64,000 nucleotides of DNA from Candidatus Fermentibacteraceae bacterium (GTDB taxonomy: Bacteria; Fermentibacterota; Fermentibacteria; Fermentibacterales; JCC-6), in contig JADGDO010000004.1 in assembly GCA_016744855.1 (NCBI GenBank), positions 99,006 to 163,005 of the forward strand, read 5' to 3'. Position numbers and translations under genes: made by a program. This document shows positions 17,516 to 27,198 of the stretch, one piece after another. Position 1 is the stretch's first letter; each line of letters opens with the position of its first letter. Below the pieces are notes generated by a model. It saw nothing but the letters and a program-made list of their open reading frames with translations. It made no database searches and was not told the origin of the DNA.

Positions 17516-19711
17516 ATGAGATACATTTCTTTGATATTGCTCTGTTCCATTGCTTTTGCCGGGGGGGACCTTCCGGGAATTACGGGAGATTATCTTGAAC
17601 CGGTTGAGGTTACGGGCAGCTCTGTGCATCTTGTTACGTCTGTTCCTTCAAGGTTTAATGTGAATCCGGATACTCCGGAACCTGTTTCTGTTTTTGAGCC
17701 ACCAGCTGAGTACGAAGTAGTTGATTCATTCGATTGCCGATTTGTTGTGCCTGACAAAGAGGGGATTTGCCCAGCAGTTATCTCTCTTTCGGATGAAACA
17801 ATAGAGCCAGATGCAGAAATCACTTTAACGGATGATGCTCAACAGGCTGTAGATCTTGCACCAGAGTGGCTTCAGGACCATCTTATCTGGAAGTTTTCAA
17901 TACTTACAGAGGCTAATCAGGACAGGTATGGGGCCTTGTTGCTTGCTCATCAGGGACAGAATTACTTTGATGAACTAGCCTTCACTGTTGCTTATCTTTC
18001 CTGGACAATCTTGGCGAATCCAAGCTTGGATGAGACATTGCTCGTAGATAATGCTCAGGGTATTTATGACCATGATCCCTATCTCAGTTATGTAAATGTG
18101 AATGACTATGCTGGTGTAGACTACTACAGTACTACTGAATACAACACTATTGTGGGATCTGACACGGTATGGGTTGAAATACCAAAGGAGATTTACTACC
18201 ATTTCATAGTGATGCCGAAGGTTTCTGATGAGAAACCTCTCAATGATTCTACTGTTTATGATGAATTCTGGCGTCAGTATCTCTGGGATATGGATGATGC
18301 CGGGTATCCTGTTTTTAATGAGGTTCTGAACGAGAATGTACTTGTTTTCTGGGATGAGCAGACAAAGAATTACGGATGGTCAACAACACCGGTTTTCAGT
18401 GACAGTCTTCATGCCGTCGACATAATCAGTAAATGGAACCGCGCTATTATGCCTGACGGAGCCAGCGGTAACAGACCTGTCCAGCCCAATGTTATTGCCC
18501 ACGAGCACAACGGTAATTGCGGGGAGACTCAGGATCTGCTCTCTGCTTCTGCCAGGGTTGGGCTGATTCCGGTTGCCTGTACTATGGACATCAATGAGGA
18601 TCATGTGTGGTGTGAGATTTGGTGGGACGGTGAATGGCGTGGTTGGTATGTCGATACTGTTAACAATCACAACTGCGGTTATGACGCTGATTATGGTGGT
18701 TCAAAGGAAGTCAGCTGTGTCTGGAGCTGGCGCAATGATGGTTTTACCTGGGATGTTGTGGATTACTTCTCAGACTACTGCACATTTACAGTAACAGTTA
18801 CCGATTCTGCTGGAATTCCAGTTGACAATGCCAGTGTTCAGATTGCCAGTGAAGGCTGGCAGACAACTACTATATACAGGGGTACATGGGGAGAAACAGA
18901 TTGCAACGGGCAGATCACATTCAAGCTTGGTAATAATCAGAATTACTACTTGAGTATTGCCAGTTCTCTCGGTAATTTCGGCGGTGGTAGTTTCCAGGAG
19001 GTAATAGTCAATAGTGTTTCGGGTCAGGAGTACTATTTCGACTGGAGTCCTGAAAACCCTATGCCAGAACTTGAACTGAATGAAGTCAGTGAGGGTTCCT
19101 GGACAAAGTATCTTATCCAGGTTGATTACAATCTGCCTGCTGATATTATGAATGGAAGAGATTATTATGCAAGTCCCAGATCTGAGTATGCAGAACCTAT
19201 GGAAGATGGAACTGCAGACTTTTTCATTGTCGATTCTGCTAACTGGGAACTGTATCAGTCAGGAGAGGAATTCGACTGCTATGAGCTTATTCAAGGAGAG
19301 AGCAGTGGCATGGTATGGTTTTATGCTCCTCACACCGACGACTGGCACATAGTATTCAGCGGCGACAGACACCAGGGTGTTCAGACATTTGCTGAAGCTG
19401 AGTTTACCCTTTGGGAGCATGACGGCACTGGTATCAGTGGCGGAATCTCAACAGGAAATACTCCTGTTGTTTTCCCAAACCCATGCGTTAATACTGCTTC
19501 AGTTAAATTCACTACAACTGAAGCTGGGCGAACAGCGATCACAATGTATGATATCCATGGACGAGTAGTAAGTTCTCTTTCTGACGAGCAGATGGAAGCG
19601 GGAAGCCATGAACTTGTTCTTCCGACAGACGATCTTTCCAGTGGTCTCTATTTCTTGAGACTTGAGGGAGAGGGTTTAAACTCAATGCAGAGCGTTACTG
19701 TTTTAAGATAG
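17516..19711 (+). CDS. Transglutaminase-like cysteine protease superfamily protein with T9SS C-terminal sorting domain
   Basis: Signal peptide MRYISLILLCSIAFAGG; transglutaminase core Cys-His-Asp (NGNCGETQD ... DHVWCEIWWDGEWRGWYVD); the C-terminus GLYFLRLEGEGLNSMQSVTVLR is a T9SS CTD. Confidence 0.65.
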   Translation: MRYISLILLCSIAFAGGDLPGITGDYLEPVEVTGSSVHLVTSVPSRFNVNPDTPEPVSVFEPPAEYEVVDSFDCRFVVPDKEGICPAVISLSDETIEPDAEITLTDDAQQAVDLAPEWLQDHLIWKFSILTEANQDRYGALLLAHQGQNYFDELAFTVAYLSWTILANPSLDETLLVDNAQGIYDHDPYLSYVNVNDYAGVDYYSTTEYNTIVGSDTVWVEIPKEIYYHFIVMPKVSDEKPLNDSTVYDEFWRQYLWDMDDAGYPVFNEVLNENVLVFWDEQTKNYGWSTTPVFSDSLHAVDIISKWNRAIMPDGASGNRPVQPNVIAHEHNGNCGETQDLLSASARVGLIPVACTMDINEDHVWCEIWWDGEWRGWYVDTVNNHNCGYDADYGGSKEVSCVWSWRNDGFTWDVVDYFSDYCTFTVTVTDSAGIPVDNASVQIASEGWQTTTIYRGTWGETDCNGQITFKLGNNQNYYLSIASSLGNFGGGSFQEVIVNSVSGQEYYFDWSPENPMPELELNEVSEGSWTKYLIQVDYNLPADIMNGRDYYASPRSEYAEPMEDGTADFFIVDSANWELYQSGEEFDCYELIQGESSGMVWFYAPHTDDWHIVFSGDRHQGVQTFAEAEFTLWEHDGTGISGGISTGNTPVVFPNPCVNTASVKFTTTEAGRTAITMYDIHGRVVSSLSDEQMEAGSHELVLPTDDLSSGLYFLRLEGEGLNSMQSVTVLR

Positions 19712-19732
19712 AACCTACTGTTAATAACATGC

Positions 19733-19772
19733 AGCAGGGGAACTTAATGGTTCCCCTGCTCTTTTTGTTTTT
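19733..19772 (+). terminator. Rho-independent terminator
   Basis: AGCAGGGGAAC-TTAATG-GTTCCCCTGCT hairpin followed by CTTTTTGTTTTT. Confidence 0.8.
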
Positions 19773-19958
19773 AGCTCAATACCTCACAGGAAACGAAACG
19801 ATACACACAAGAACAACATTCATATTAAACCGGTCAGCTGTTAGGTGAATTGCCCCTGAAGTAGTGTTCTTGCACGACGAGGAATTGTTAATTATCTAAG
19901 GAACAATCTTTCTTGTGAATTGCAAGGTATTTCTTTTCTCGTTTTAAGGAATTTTTTC

Positions 19959-21194
19959 ATGAATGAACACAGGGTTGTTATTACTGGTCTTGGTGCTGTA
20001 ACACCGCTGGGTATAGGCGCAGAGGAGTCTTTCAGTAGTTTACTGAACGGGGTAAACGGTATAAGCAGGGTTACTCATTTTGATCCAACTGACTATCGTT
20101 CAAAACTCGCCGCGGAGGTTACAGATTTTGATCCTGAGAATTGGATAGACCGAAAATCTGCAAGCAGGATGGACCGTTTTACTCATTTTGCAATAGCTGC
20201 CTCCGCAATGGCCATGGAAGATTCCGGTTTGAAATCGTTTGATGCAAACAGAGCTGGAGTAGTCATCGGTTCAGGTATCGGAGGAGCTCAGACTCTTCAT
20301 GAGGGTTACACAACGCTCTTTGAAAAGGGGCCGGGCAGTCTCAGCTCGATTCTTGTATCCAGAATGCTAGTTAATATGGCAGCCTGTATGGCTTCAATTC
20401 GATTCGGCTTCAAAGGTCCACTATCCGCACCATCAGTTGCCTGTTCCACTGGATCCAATGCAATCGGCGATGCATTCAGAATTCTGCAGAGGGGGGACGC
20501 GGATATAATGCTTGCAGGAAGTGCAGAAGCTTGTATCTCCCCATTGCCCTATGGATGTTTTTGTGCAACCAGGTCTATGACGACAAATCCCTCTCCTGAA
20601 AATGCATCCAAACCTTTTGATAAAAAACGCGATGGTTTTGTAATGGGTGAGGGCTCCGGTATTGTTGTTCTAGAGACCCTGGAGCATGCGTTGAAGCGCG
20701 ATGCGAGAATCTACGCTGAAATGGCAGGATACGGCAACACTGCTGACGCTTATCATCTTACTGCTCCTGAACCCGAGAGTAATGGCATGATTCGCGTTAT
20801 GATTGCTGCCCTTAAGGATGCCGGACTGACTAAGAGAGATGTCGGTTACATAAATGCACATGGTACATCAACAAAACTAAATGACAAATGCGAGTGTGCT
20901 GCTATAAACAGTGTTTTTGGCGAATACTCATCTTCTCTTAAAGTGAGTTCAGTTAAGTCAATGATCGGTCACCTTATGGCCGCAGCGGGTGCTGTCGAGT
21001 TTATCACCACAGTATTGAGCGTTTTCACAGGAAAGGTTCCGCCAACGATAAACTACAGTGAGCCTGATCCTGATTGCGATCTTGATTTTGTAACATCGGG
21101 AGCTGAAACAGTTGATCTCCAGGCGGCGATCAGCAATTCATTCGGTTTTGGTGGAGGTAACTGTACTCTTGCCGTTAAGAAATACCGGGAGTAA
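19959..21194 (+). CDS. fabF: Beta-ketoacyl-ACP synthase II
   Basis: VVITGLGAVTPLG N-terminus; active-site Cys in SVACSTGSNAIGDA; the two catalytic His in NAHGTST and MIGHLMAAAG; RBS AAGGA upstream. Confidence 0.85.
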   Translation: MNEHRVVITGLGAVTPLGIGAEESFSSLLNGVNGISRVTHFDPTDYRSKLAAEVTDFDPENWIDRKSASRMDRFTHFAIAASAMAMEDSGLKSFDANRAGVVIGSGIGGAQTLHEGYTTLFEKGPGSLSSILVSRMLVNMAACMASIRFGFKGPLSAPSVACSTGSNAIGDAFRILQRGDADIMLAGSAEACISPLPYGCFCATRSMTTNPSPENASKPFDKKRDGFVMGEGSGIVVLETLEHALKRDARIYAEMAGYGNTADAYHLTAPEPESNGMIRVMIAALKDAGLTKRDVGYINAHGTSTKLNDKCECAAINSVFGEYSSSLKVSSVKSMIGHLMAAAGAVEFITTVLSVFTGKVPPTINYSEPDPDCDLDFVTSGAETVDLQAAISNSFGFGGGNCTLAVKKYRE

Positions 21195-21199
21195 TTCCT

Positions 21200-23401
21200 T
21201 TACCAGTCCCGTCGATAAACCCTGATATTGTCCACCAGATGTTGCATAGATGTCGAGTTGCCGTTGATGAAGAGTCTCAGAGAATCCGGAGCACTCAGCG
21301 AAGCTAGTGTTGCTATCAGACTGTCATTGATCAGGAAAAATACCGAATCATCATGGTTTTCAATGATGAAAAGGTGAGGCATGTTTGAAGCAAGTTGAAC
21401 TGGTACATCGAGTACATTGCGCGGAGAAACTCTTGAAGAAGAGATTGTCAGTTCCTGTTCAGCCCCATAATTCCACCTTAACTCACAGTCTGCAGTTTCC
21501 TGATTTGTTGCATAGAGGTAGCTTTCAGCAGTTCCAATCGATACCCAGTTGCTGTTAGAATCCAAGGTGACATCTGAAACGGTTATCTCTGCGGAGAAGC
21601 ACAATCCTGAAGTGAGTTTAAGAGGCTGCCTCTGCAGAACTGGAGAGTTGCTGACAGTCAGTGCAAGATCTTCGCCTGAACCATTGGAAATCACTTCAGG
21701 AGGAGTGCTGCCAGCTGAGCCGAGCATCCAGAATTCCTGCGTGATAAAGCCAGTATCCCAGTTCTCTGAAAAAATCGGGACACCTTGTATGCAGGAGCTA
21801 TTGCACTCCCCGTCCGTGTTCATTTCCACCAACCATGCATCTCTGTCGCCAAATCTGGTAGTAGAGCCTGAAAGAAGGAGAATCCCATCTTCTCTTTGGT
21901 TTACAGAGATGATGTGATCATCTTCTCCAGTATCAATAATTGATTTCCATTGTAGTTTTCCAGACTTATCTATACAGACAACCAATCCATCAGATTGTCC
22001 ATTTTCAGCAGGAATTGTTGACCCTGCAAGAATGATGGAACCGTCGGGTAGAATGTAGAGATCAGCAGGTATTCCCGAGATAACTTCTTCTGGGGTACAT
22101 TCCCACTCAATCTCGAAACTGCTGGTTAGCTTTGTTATCGATATTTCTTCCTCTCGGCTCATGTCTACAGCTACGGTTACTACCGAACCATCAGTACAAA
22201 ACCTGGCACAGTGTATTATCGATCTCTGATCACTCAGGATGGTTTGATCTTGTATACCATGTTGATTTAGTACTTTGAAGGTACTTAAGCCAGTTCCGTA
22301 GGCTCCGTTGAATAAGAGGATCTGCCCATTGTCTGAGACTGCAGTGCACTGATTCTCAAAGTTCCCCGGAACTTCAAATGTTTCTCCTGTACCTGTTGAA
22401 GCATCCAGTTCTGCAAAATAGACAGTTTCTCCACTTTCTGATCCGGTTTTCTTTATGAATCCGGCAATCGCTCTGTTCTCATCAAGCCAGTCCAGGGAGG
22501 TGATTACAGGAAACCCGTCACCACTGTAATCAATCCTCGGCTTAATTTCCCAGAGTATACTTCCCCCTGGGCTCAGTCTTACAGCTCTATATACGAAGCT
22601 GGAGTCATCAGAATCGGATGAATTTGTGTAAACACACATACAACCACCATCTGGCATGGAAAGTAAGAGGGGGATACTTTCTCCAGTAACTGAGTCAGAC
22701 CAGCTGTTGACAAAACTACCAGAATTATCAAAATAGGCAACCCATATTTCACTCCACAGGCCCGTGTCCCAGGCTCCTGAAAGTATCGTTCCACCGTTTA
22801 TGCCGGAAACAACATCAGAAGCATAATCCCAGGAATCTCTTCCACCCAATGCGATGTTTCCTAAGTTACTTAGGCTTGGGGCCGCTGTACCGGATGCTAG
22901 AAAAACCTTTGATAGCAATGCAATGAAAATGATTGCTGGTATTGCTATCCATTTGAGTTTTCCGCCTCTTCCTGACTTCAGTTCTGTATCTGTCTTCTGC
23001 GGTTTTTGTTTTACGAGAGTTAGAAGAGCTTCTGATATCCCGGGAGTATTCACTTGGCCAGTTATACAATCTATCCAGGGTACTGCATTTGTGTAATAGA
23101 GGATGCTCTTAGAAGCTTCGGCTTCCCGGAATTTAAGGGTTACTATTGGAATTCTCATATTTGCAGCAATTTCCAGTTCACCTCTTATATGATGTGAATC
23201 TGTTGCATTTTCCGAGAATACCAGCAGAACTGCTGCTGATTCAAGGATTGCGCTATAGACAGATTTCTCCCTGTCGGATCCAGACTGTGCATCCCTCGAA
23301 GATACCCAGCACTTGTATCCCAGAGCCTCAAGCTCTTCCAGAAGTGCTTTCGCAAGGTTAGCATCCTTGCTCGAGTGACAGATGAAAAACTGTTTATCCA
23401 A
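21200..23401 (-). CDS. Single-pass membrane protein with N-terminal cytoplasmic TIR domain and a large extracytoplasmic beta-propeller-like plus LamG-like region
   Basis: N-terminus FICHSSKDANLAKALLEELEALGYKCWVSSRD...LLVFSENATDSHHIRGELEIAANMRIPIVTL is a bacterial TIR (TIR_2-like) domain; a TM helix WIAIPAIIFIALLSKVFLA follows; repeats of the DGSIILAGST...DAWLV type suggest a propeller; TTG start overlaps the upstream stop by 8 nt. Confidence 0.65.
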   Translation of the reverse strand: MDKQFFICHSSKDANLAKALLEELEALGYKCWVSSRDAQSGSDREKSVYSAILESAAVLLVFSENATDSHHIRGELEIAANMRIPIVTLKFREAEASKSILYYTNAVPWIDCITGQVNTPGISEALLTLVKQKPQKTDTELKSGRGGKLKWIAIPAIIFIALLSKVFLASGTAAPSLSNLGNIALGGRDSWDYASDVVSGINGGTILSGAWDTGLWSEIWVAYFDNSGSFVNSWSDSVTGESIPLLLSMPDGGCMCVYTNSSDSDDSSFVYRAVRLSPGGSILWEIKPRIDYSGDGFPVITSLDWLDENRAIAGFIKKTGSESGETVYFAELDASTGTGETFEVPGNFENQCTAVSDNGQILLFNGAYGTGLSTFKVLNQHGIQDQTILSDQRSIIHCARFCTDGSVVTVAVDMSREEEISITKLTSSFEIEWECTPEEVISGIPADLYILPDGSIILAGSTIPAENGQSDGLVVCIDKSGKLQWKSIIDTGEDDHIISVNQREDGILLLSGSTTRFGDRDAWLVEMNTDGECNSSCIQGVPIFSENWDTGFITQEFWMLGSAGSTPPEVISNGSGEDLALTVSNSPVLQRQPLKLTSGLCFSAEITVSDVTLDSNSNWVSIGTAESYLYATNQETADCELRWNYGAEQELTISSSRVSPRNVLDVPVQLASNMPHLFIIENHDDSVFFLINDSLIATLASLSAPDSLRLFINGNSTSMQHLVDNIRVYRRDW

Positions 23402-23750
23402 TTGGACTCTTTTTCATGGTAGTTGAGTATTCTGTGAGTAGTGCTTTTGTGGCGTTTCTGTAGATTCTGAAGCGTAGGCCGCCAAGATGTTTACCGCCGT
23501 ACCACCTCGCCACCAGAACAAGGCAGTTTACTGAATTCATGTTTCTCATAACCTCAAGAATACAGTTTCCTGAACCGGATTCCCCTCCATCATTTTTTGT
23601 TTCGGTTCCATCCGAAAGACGCATCGCCCAGCTTAAATGGCTGGCTTTCTTCATCTTAAATTGTTTTGAAAGAGATTTTACTATTGCAGTATGATCATCT
23701 GCCGAGGAAAACGGGGTGCCACAAGCCAGGAACCGACTTTGCTTTTCCAA
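23394..23750 (-). CDS. IMPACT/YigZ family N-terminal domain (UPF0029) protein
   Basis: KQSRFLACGTPFSS...DDGGESGSGNCILEVMRNMNSVNCLVLVARWYGGKHLGGLRF matches the YigZ/IMPACT N-domain pattern (DDGEP-GTAG...VVVTRYFGG-LG-GGL); only 118 aa, lacking the usual C-terminal domain. Confidence 0.6.
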   Translation of the reverse strand: MEKQSRFLACGTPFSSADDHTAIVKSLSKQFKMKKASHLSWAMRLSDGTETKNDGGESGSGNCILEVMRNMNSVNCLVLVARWYGGKHLGGLRFRIYRNATKALLTEYSTTMKKSPIG

Positions 23751-23884
23751 AACAGACGTTCCGGAAACGGTTTCCTTCAGGGTTCGTGCAGTTCCTATTT
23801 AGAAACCTCCGGTTAAAGACCCGTGACACCCTTGTCCGAGGACCGGTGAAATATACGAATCAGCCAAGCTGTGACAAGCCAATT

Positions 23885-25363
23885 TCAAGAAACGCATATG
23901 CGTTCCACAAGCAATTCCATGTCGCTCAATTCTTTTGCCGAATACATGAGTTTCAACAGAGGAATCTTGAGCTTTCCTGTTCCGTGTTCAGCACTCACCG
24001 TTCCACCAAGCTTAACAGCTTCTTTAGCTATTAGTTCAACAGCAAGTTCAGCCTTTTCCAGCTCAAAATCATTTTTCGGGATCAAATTTGCATGAAGGTG
24101 GCCTTGTCCGGAATGGCCGAAAACAACATGCTCTATCTTTGTGCTCTCTAGAATGCTTTTCATTTTGAAGTAGTACTTTTGCAGCTTTTCGGGGTGCACA
24201 GCGGTATCAGTGCTGATCTTGTGTATTTTGTTGTTCTTTAGCGCATGCCCGGAGATTATTCTGTTCACAGTCTCGGGTAGCAGGTGTCTGAACTCTTTCA
24301 GCCGTTTGACTTCCATATCATCAAAACCTCCCCAGGTATTATCAGGAGAGATATTCAACTCTTCAAGAAGCATTTCCAATGTTTCAAGAATCACATCCAA
24401 TTCATCTTCAGAGGCAATGTCGATTGAAGTGAAAAGCACCCAATCTCCTTCTTCGGGGAAGGTCTTACCGGTATTTTCTGTCAAAAATGTGAGTGATGGA
24501 TCCGCTATCACTTCCATTTCTCGAAGGGGCAGATTGCTGTTCATAAGGTCTTTCCTGAGGTCCCAGAACTGATCCTCGCTGCAGAAAACTGCAAAACTTG
24601 CAACAGCATACGGTTTCCTGGCGAGTAAGAGGTCTGCTTCAAGAACCAGACCGAGTTTTCCCTCACTCCCGATAAACAGGTCGATAAGGTCCATACCGGG
24701 GGTGATGTAAAGACCTGCAGCATTTTTGATCGGTTGAGACTTATCCAGTTGAGGAAGATTGATTGTGCCAAGAACGGGGTGATTGAGCTTCCCTTTTCGA
24801 AAGCGGTGTTCTCCTCGCTTAACTGTAAGATCAGTGCCTGACGGAAGTATTATCCGGAGTCTGTCAATCCAGTTTCTTGTTGATCCGAACTTATAGCTGG
24901 CTGCACCTGAGGCGTCTGTGGCAATAGTACCACCGATTGAAGCTGTTGTTTCAGTTGGATCAGGTGGATAAAACAGTCCCGGTTTTTCCTTATTACAGTA
25001 GTTGGTAATGCTCTCTAGTGATTCACCTGCGAGAACCCTGATTATGTTTTGATCAGCAGTGGAAGTTATTCCTTTTAAGAGTTCAGTGGAAAGGATTGCT
25101 CCACCCATTGGAACAGCACCTCCAGTAATGCCTGTTCTTGCCCCTGATACTGTTATGTTTACAGAATCCTCAAAACACTCTTTCAGGAATTCAGTAACCT
25201 CATGTGCTTTTTCGGGCCATACTGCGACCTGACAATTGCCACCGGACAACGATGATTCATCGCGCAATAACTGCGGATGCTCCTCTTCTATGAATTTCGT
25301 CCCCCTAGCCAGTTTCACTGCAATTCTCCCTTCCTCGTATGCATATATTAAACTGGACAACAC
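23885..25363 (-). CDS. FAD-linked oxidase (GlcD / D-lactate dehydrogenase-like FAD-binding oxidoreductase)
   Basis: FAD-binding PCMH-type domain motifs (ITVSGARTGITGGAVP, VASFAVF) and a C-terminal FAD-oxidase domain; 492 aa. Confidence 0.65.
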   Translation of the reverse strand: MLSSLIYAYEEGRIAVKLARGTKFIEEEHPQLLRDESSLSGGNCQVAVWPEKAHEVTEFLKECFEDSVNITVSGARTGITGGAVPMGGAILSTELLKGITSTADQNIIRVLAGESLESITNYCNKEKPGLFYPPDPTETTASIGGTIATDASGAASYKFGSTRNWIDRLRIILPSGTDLTVKRGEHRFRKGKLNHPVLGTINLPQLDKSQPIKNAAGLYITPGMDLIDLFIGSEGKLGLVLEADLLLARKPYAVASFAVFCSEDQFWDLRKDLMNSNLPLREMEVIADPSLTFLTENTGKTFPEEGDWVLFTSIDIASEDELDVILETLEMLLEELNISPDNTWGGFDDMEVKRLKEFRHLLPETVNRIISGHALKNNKIHKISTDTAVHPEKLQKYYFKMKSILESTKIEHVVFGHSGQGHLHANLIPKNDFELEKAELAVELIAKEAVKLGGTVSAEHGTGKLKIPLLKLMYSAKELSDMELLVERICVS

Positions 25364-25465
25364 TCATGTGCAATGGTGGAATGCTGACCCTTGAAGGAAC
25401 CTTCTTCATTGTTCATAGTACAACCATGGTGAACGAATACGCAACTACTATTCGAAAGGAAATTT

Positions 25466-26716
25466 ATGGGACAGACTTTTGCTCAGAAAGTCCTTGGGCG
25501 CGCTGCTGGTAAAGCTGTTGAGCCGGGCGAGATTGTCTTTGTTGAACCTGACCTTGTACTAACCCACGACAATAGTTCTGCCATCATCGGTAAGTTTAAT
25601 TCTACGACGCCCGGTGGGAAAGTTAAGTATCCGGACAGAATTGTAATGATTCTGGATCACGTTATTCCTGCTGCAACCAGTAAAAATGCTGCTGGTCATG
25701 CGAAGGTCAGAAAGTTTGCTAAGGAACAGGGGATTGATAAGTTCTTCGATATCGGATGCGGAATCTGTCATCAGGTTCTCCCTGAACAGCATCTTGCGCT
25801 TCCCGGATCTATCGTGGTCGGTAGTGACAGCCATACATGCACATACGGAGCTTTCAATACATTTGCAACAGGCATAGATAGAACCGAAGCTGCCGGTCTC
25901 TGGATTACAGGCAGGACATGGTTCAAAGTTCCGGAGACTATTGAGATAAACCTTGAAGGTTATTTCAATAAGCACGTATCGGCAAAAGACCTCATTCTAA
26001 CGATAATTGGAAAACTAGGGTCAGATGGAGCAAATTACAAAGCTGTTGAATTCCACGGAAGTGCAATCGGTGGTCTTCTGATAAACGAGCGAATGACCAT
26101 TGCAAATATGGGTATCGAAATGGGCGCAAAGATTGCTGCATTCCCAGCCGATAGAGTTACCCAGAATTTCCTTTTCACCTGTGATCTCTGTCAGGATGCA
26201 CTGTGGAGCGATTCCGATGCTGAGTTCTGCGAAGTGCACAACTTTGATCTCGGCGAAATCGTGCCGGTTGTTGCCAGGCCTCATACAGTAGACAATGTCT
26301 GCCCAATATCGGAACTGCCTGAGACCAAAGTGGATCAGGTTTTCCTTGGAACTTGTACGAACGGAAGAGTAGAGGATCTCAAAGCTGCGCTCGCTGTGAT
26401 GAAGGGCAGAAAAGTTGTTCCATCGGTTCGTATGCTTGTTGGTGCTGCCAGTCGTGATGAATATGTAAAGGCTCTTAGTCAGGGAATCATAGAGGAGTTT
26501 GTTAAAGCTGGTGCTGTAATTCTTCCTCCGGGATGTGGTCCATGTCTTGGTGCACATCAGGGAGCCCTTGCTCCGGGAGAGGTTTGTCTTTCCACAGCAA
26601 ACAGGAACTTCAAAGGCCGTATGGGTGAGAAGGAAGCATTTATCTATCTGGGAAGCCCCGAAACAGCAGCAGCCACAGCAATCACTGGTGTTATAACAGA
26701 TCCCAGGGAGGTCTAA
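25466..26716 (+). CDS. leuC: Aconitase-family dehydratase large subunit (3-isopropylmalate / homoaconitate dehydratase LeuC-like, short archaeal type)
   Basis: QTFAQKVL...DLVLTHDNS, GSDSHTCTYGAF and GTCTNGR (cluster-ligand Cys) motifs; 416 aa. Confidence 0.75.
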   Translation: MGQTFAQKVLGRAAGKAVEPGEIVFVEPDLVLTHDNSSAIIGKFNSTTPGGKVKYPDRIVMILDHVIPAATSKNAAGHAKVRKFAKEQGIDKFFDIGCGICHQVLPEQHLALPGSIVVGSDSHTCTYGAFNTFATGIDRTEAAGLWITGRTWFKVPETIEINLEGYFNKHVSAKDLILTIIGKLGSDGANYKAVEFHGSAIGGLLINERMTIANMGIEMGAKIAAFPADRVTQNFLFTCDLCQDALWSDSDAEFCEVHNFDLGEIVPVVARPHTVDNVCPISELPETKVDQVFLGTCTNGRVEDLKAALAVMKGRKVVPSVRMLVGAASRDEYVKALSQGIIEEFVKAGAVILPPGCGPCLGAHQGALAPGEVCLSTANRNFKGRMGEKEAFIYLGSPETAAATAITGVITDPREV

Positions 26717-26718
26717 AA

Positions 26719-27198
26719 ATGGCAGTTCATTACTATGATCAGAACGATATCAATACAGATCTTCTCTTCCCGGGAAAGTACACATACACCTGTGGAACTG
26801 GCCCTGAAATTGTTGAGCATCTATTTGAGGATCTTGACCCCGAGTTTCGCAGTAAGGTTAAACCCGGAGATATTGTTATTGCCGGATCCAACTTCGGATG
26901 TGGTTCAAGCCGTGAGCAGCCGACTCTGGGAATGAAGTTTGTAGGTATTCGTGCTGTTATAGCCAAGTCATTTGCAAGAATTTTCTACAGAAGTTCGATA
27001 AATCAGGGTCTTCTTCTTGTACAGAGCCCTGAAGCTGTTGATTTTTACACTCCAGGTGATGAAGTTTTGGTTGATCCTGCTACAGGGATACTGAAGGTTG
27101 CTGACCGGGAGTTCCCTTTTCCCCCTCTTCCCGCTGATATGCTTGCTATACTGGATTCAGGCGGGCTCCTTAACTGGATAAAGGAAAACAATGCTTAG
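26719..27198 (+). CDS. leuD: Aconitase-family dehydratase small subunit (LeuD-like)
   Basis: 159 aa with GSNFGCGSSREQ motif immediately downstream of the large subunit. Confidence 0.75.
   Translation: MAVHYYDQNDINTDLLFPGKYTYTCGTGPEIVEHLFEDLDPEFRSKVKPGDIVIAGSNFGCGSSREQPTLGMKFVGIRAVIAKSFARIFYRSSINQGLLLVQSPEAVDFYTPGDEVLVDPATGILKVADREFPFPPLPADMLAILDSGGLLNWIKENNA

Noticed and set aside
21549-21917. 122-aa + strand ORF inside the TIR receptor gene
   Set aside because: Antisense to the long, internally consistent 733-aa ORF; no independent support.
26021-26557. 178-aa antisense ORF inside the aconitase-family large subunit gene
   Set aside because: Shadow ORF; the + strand gene has clear aconitase-family motifs.
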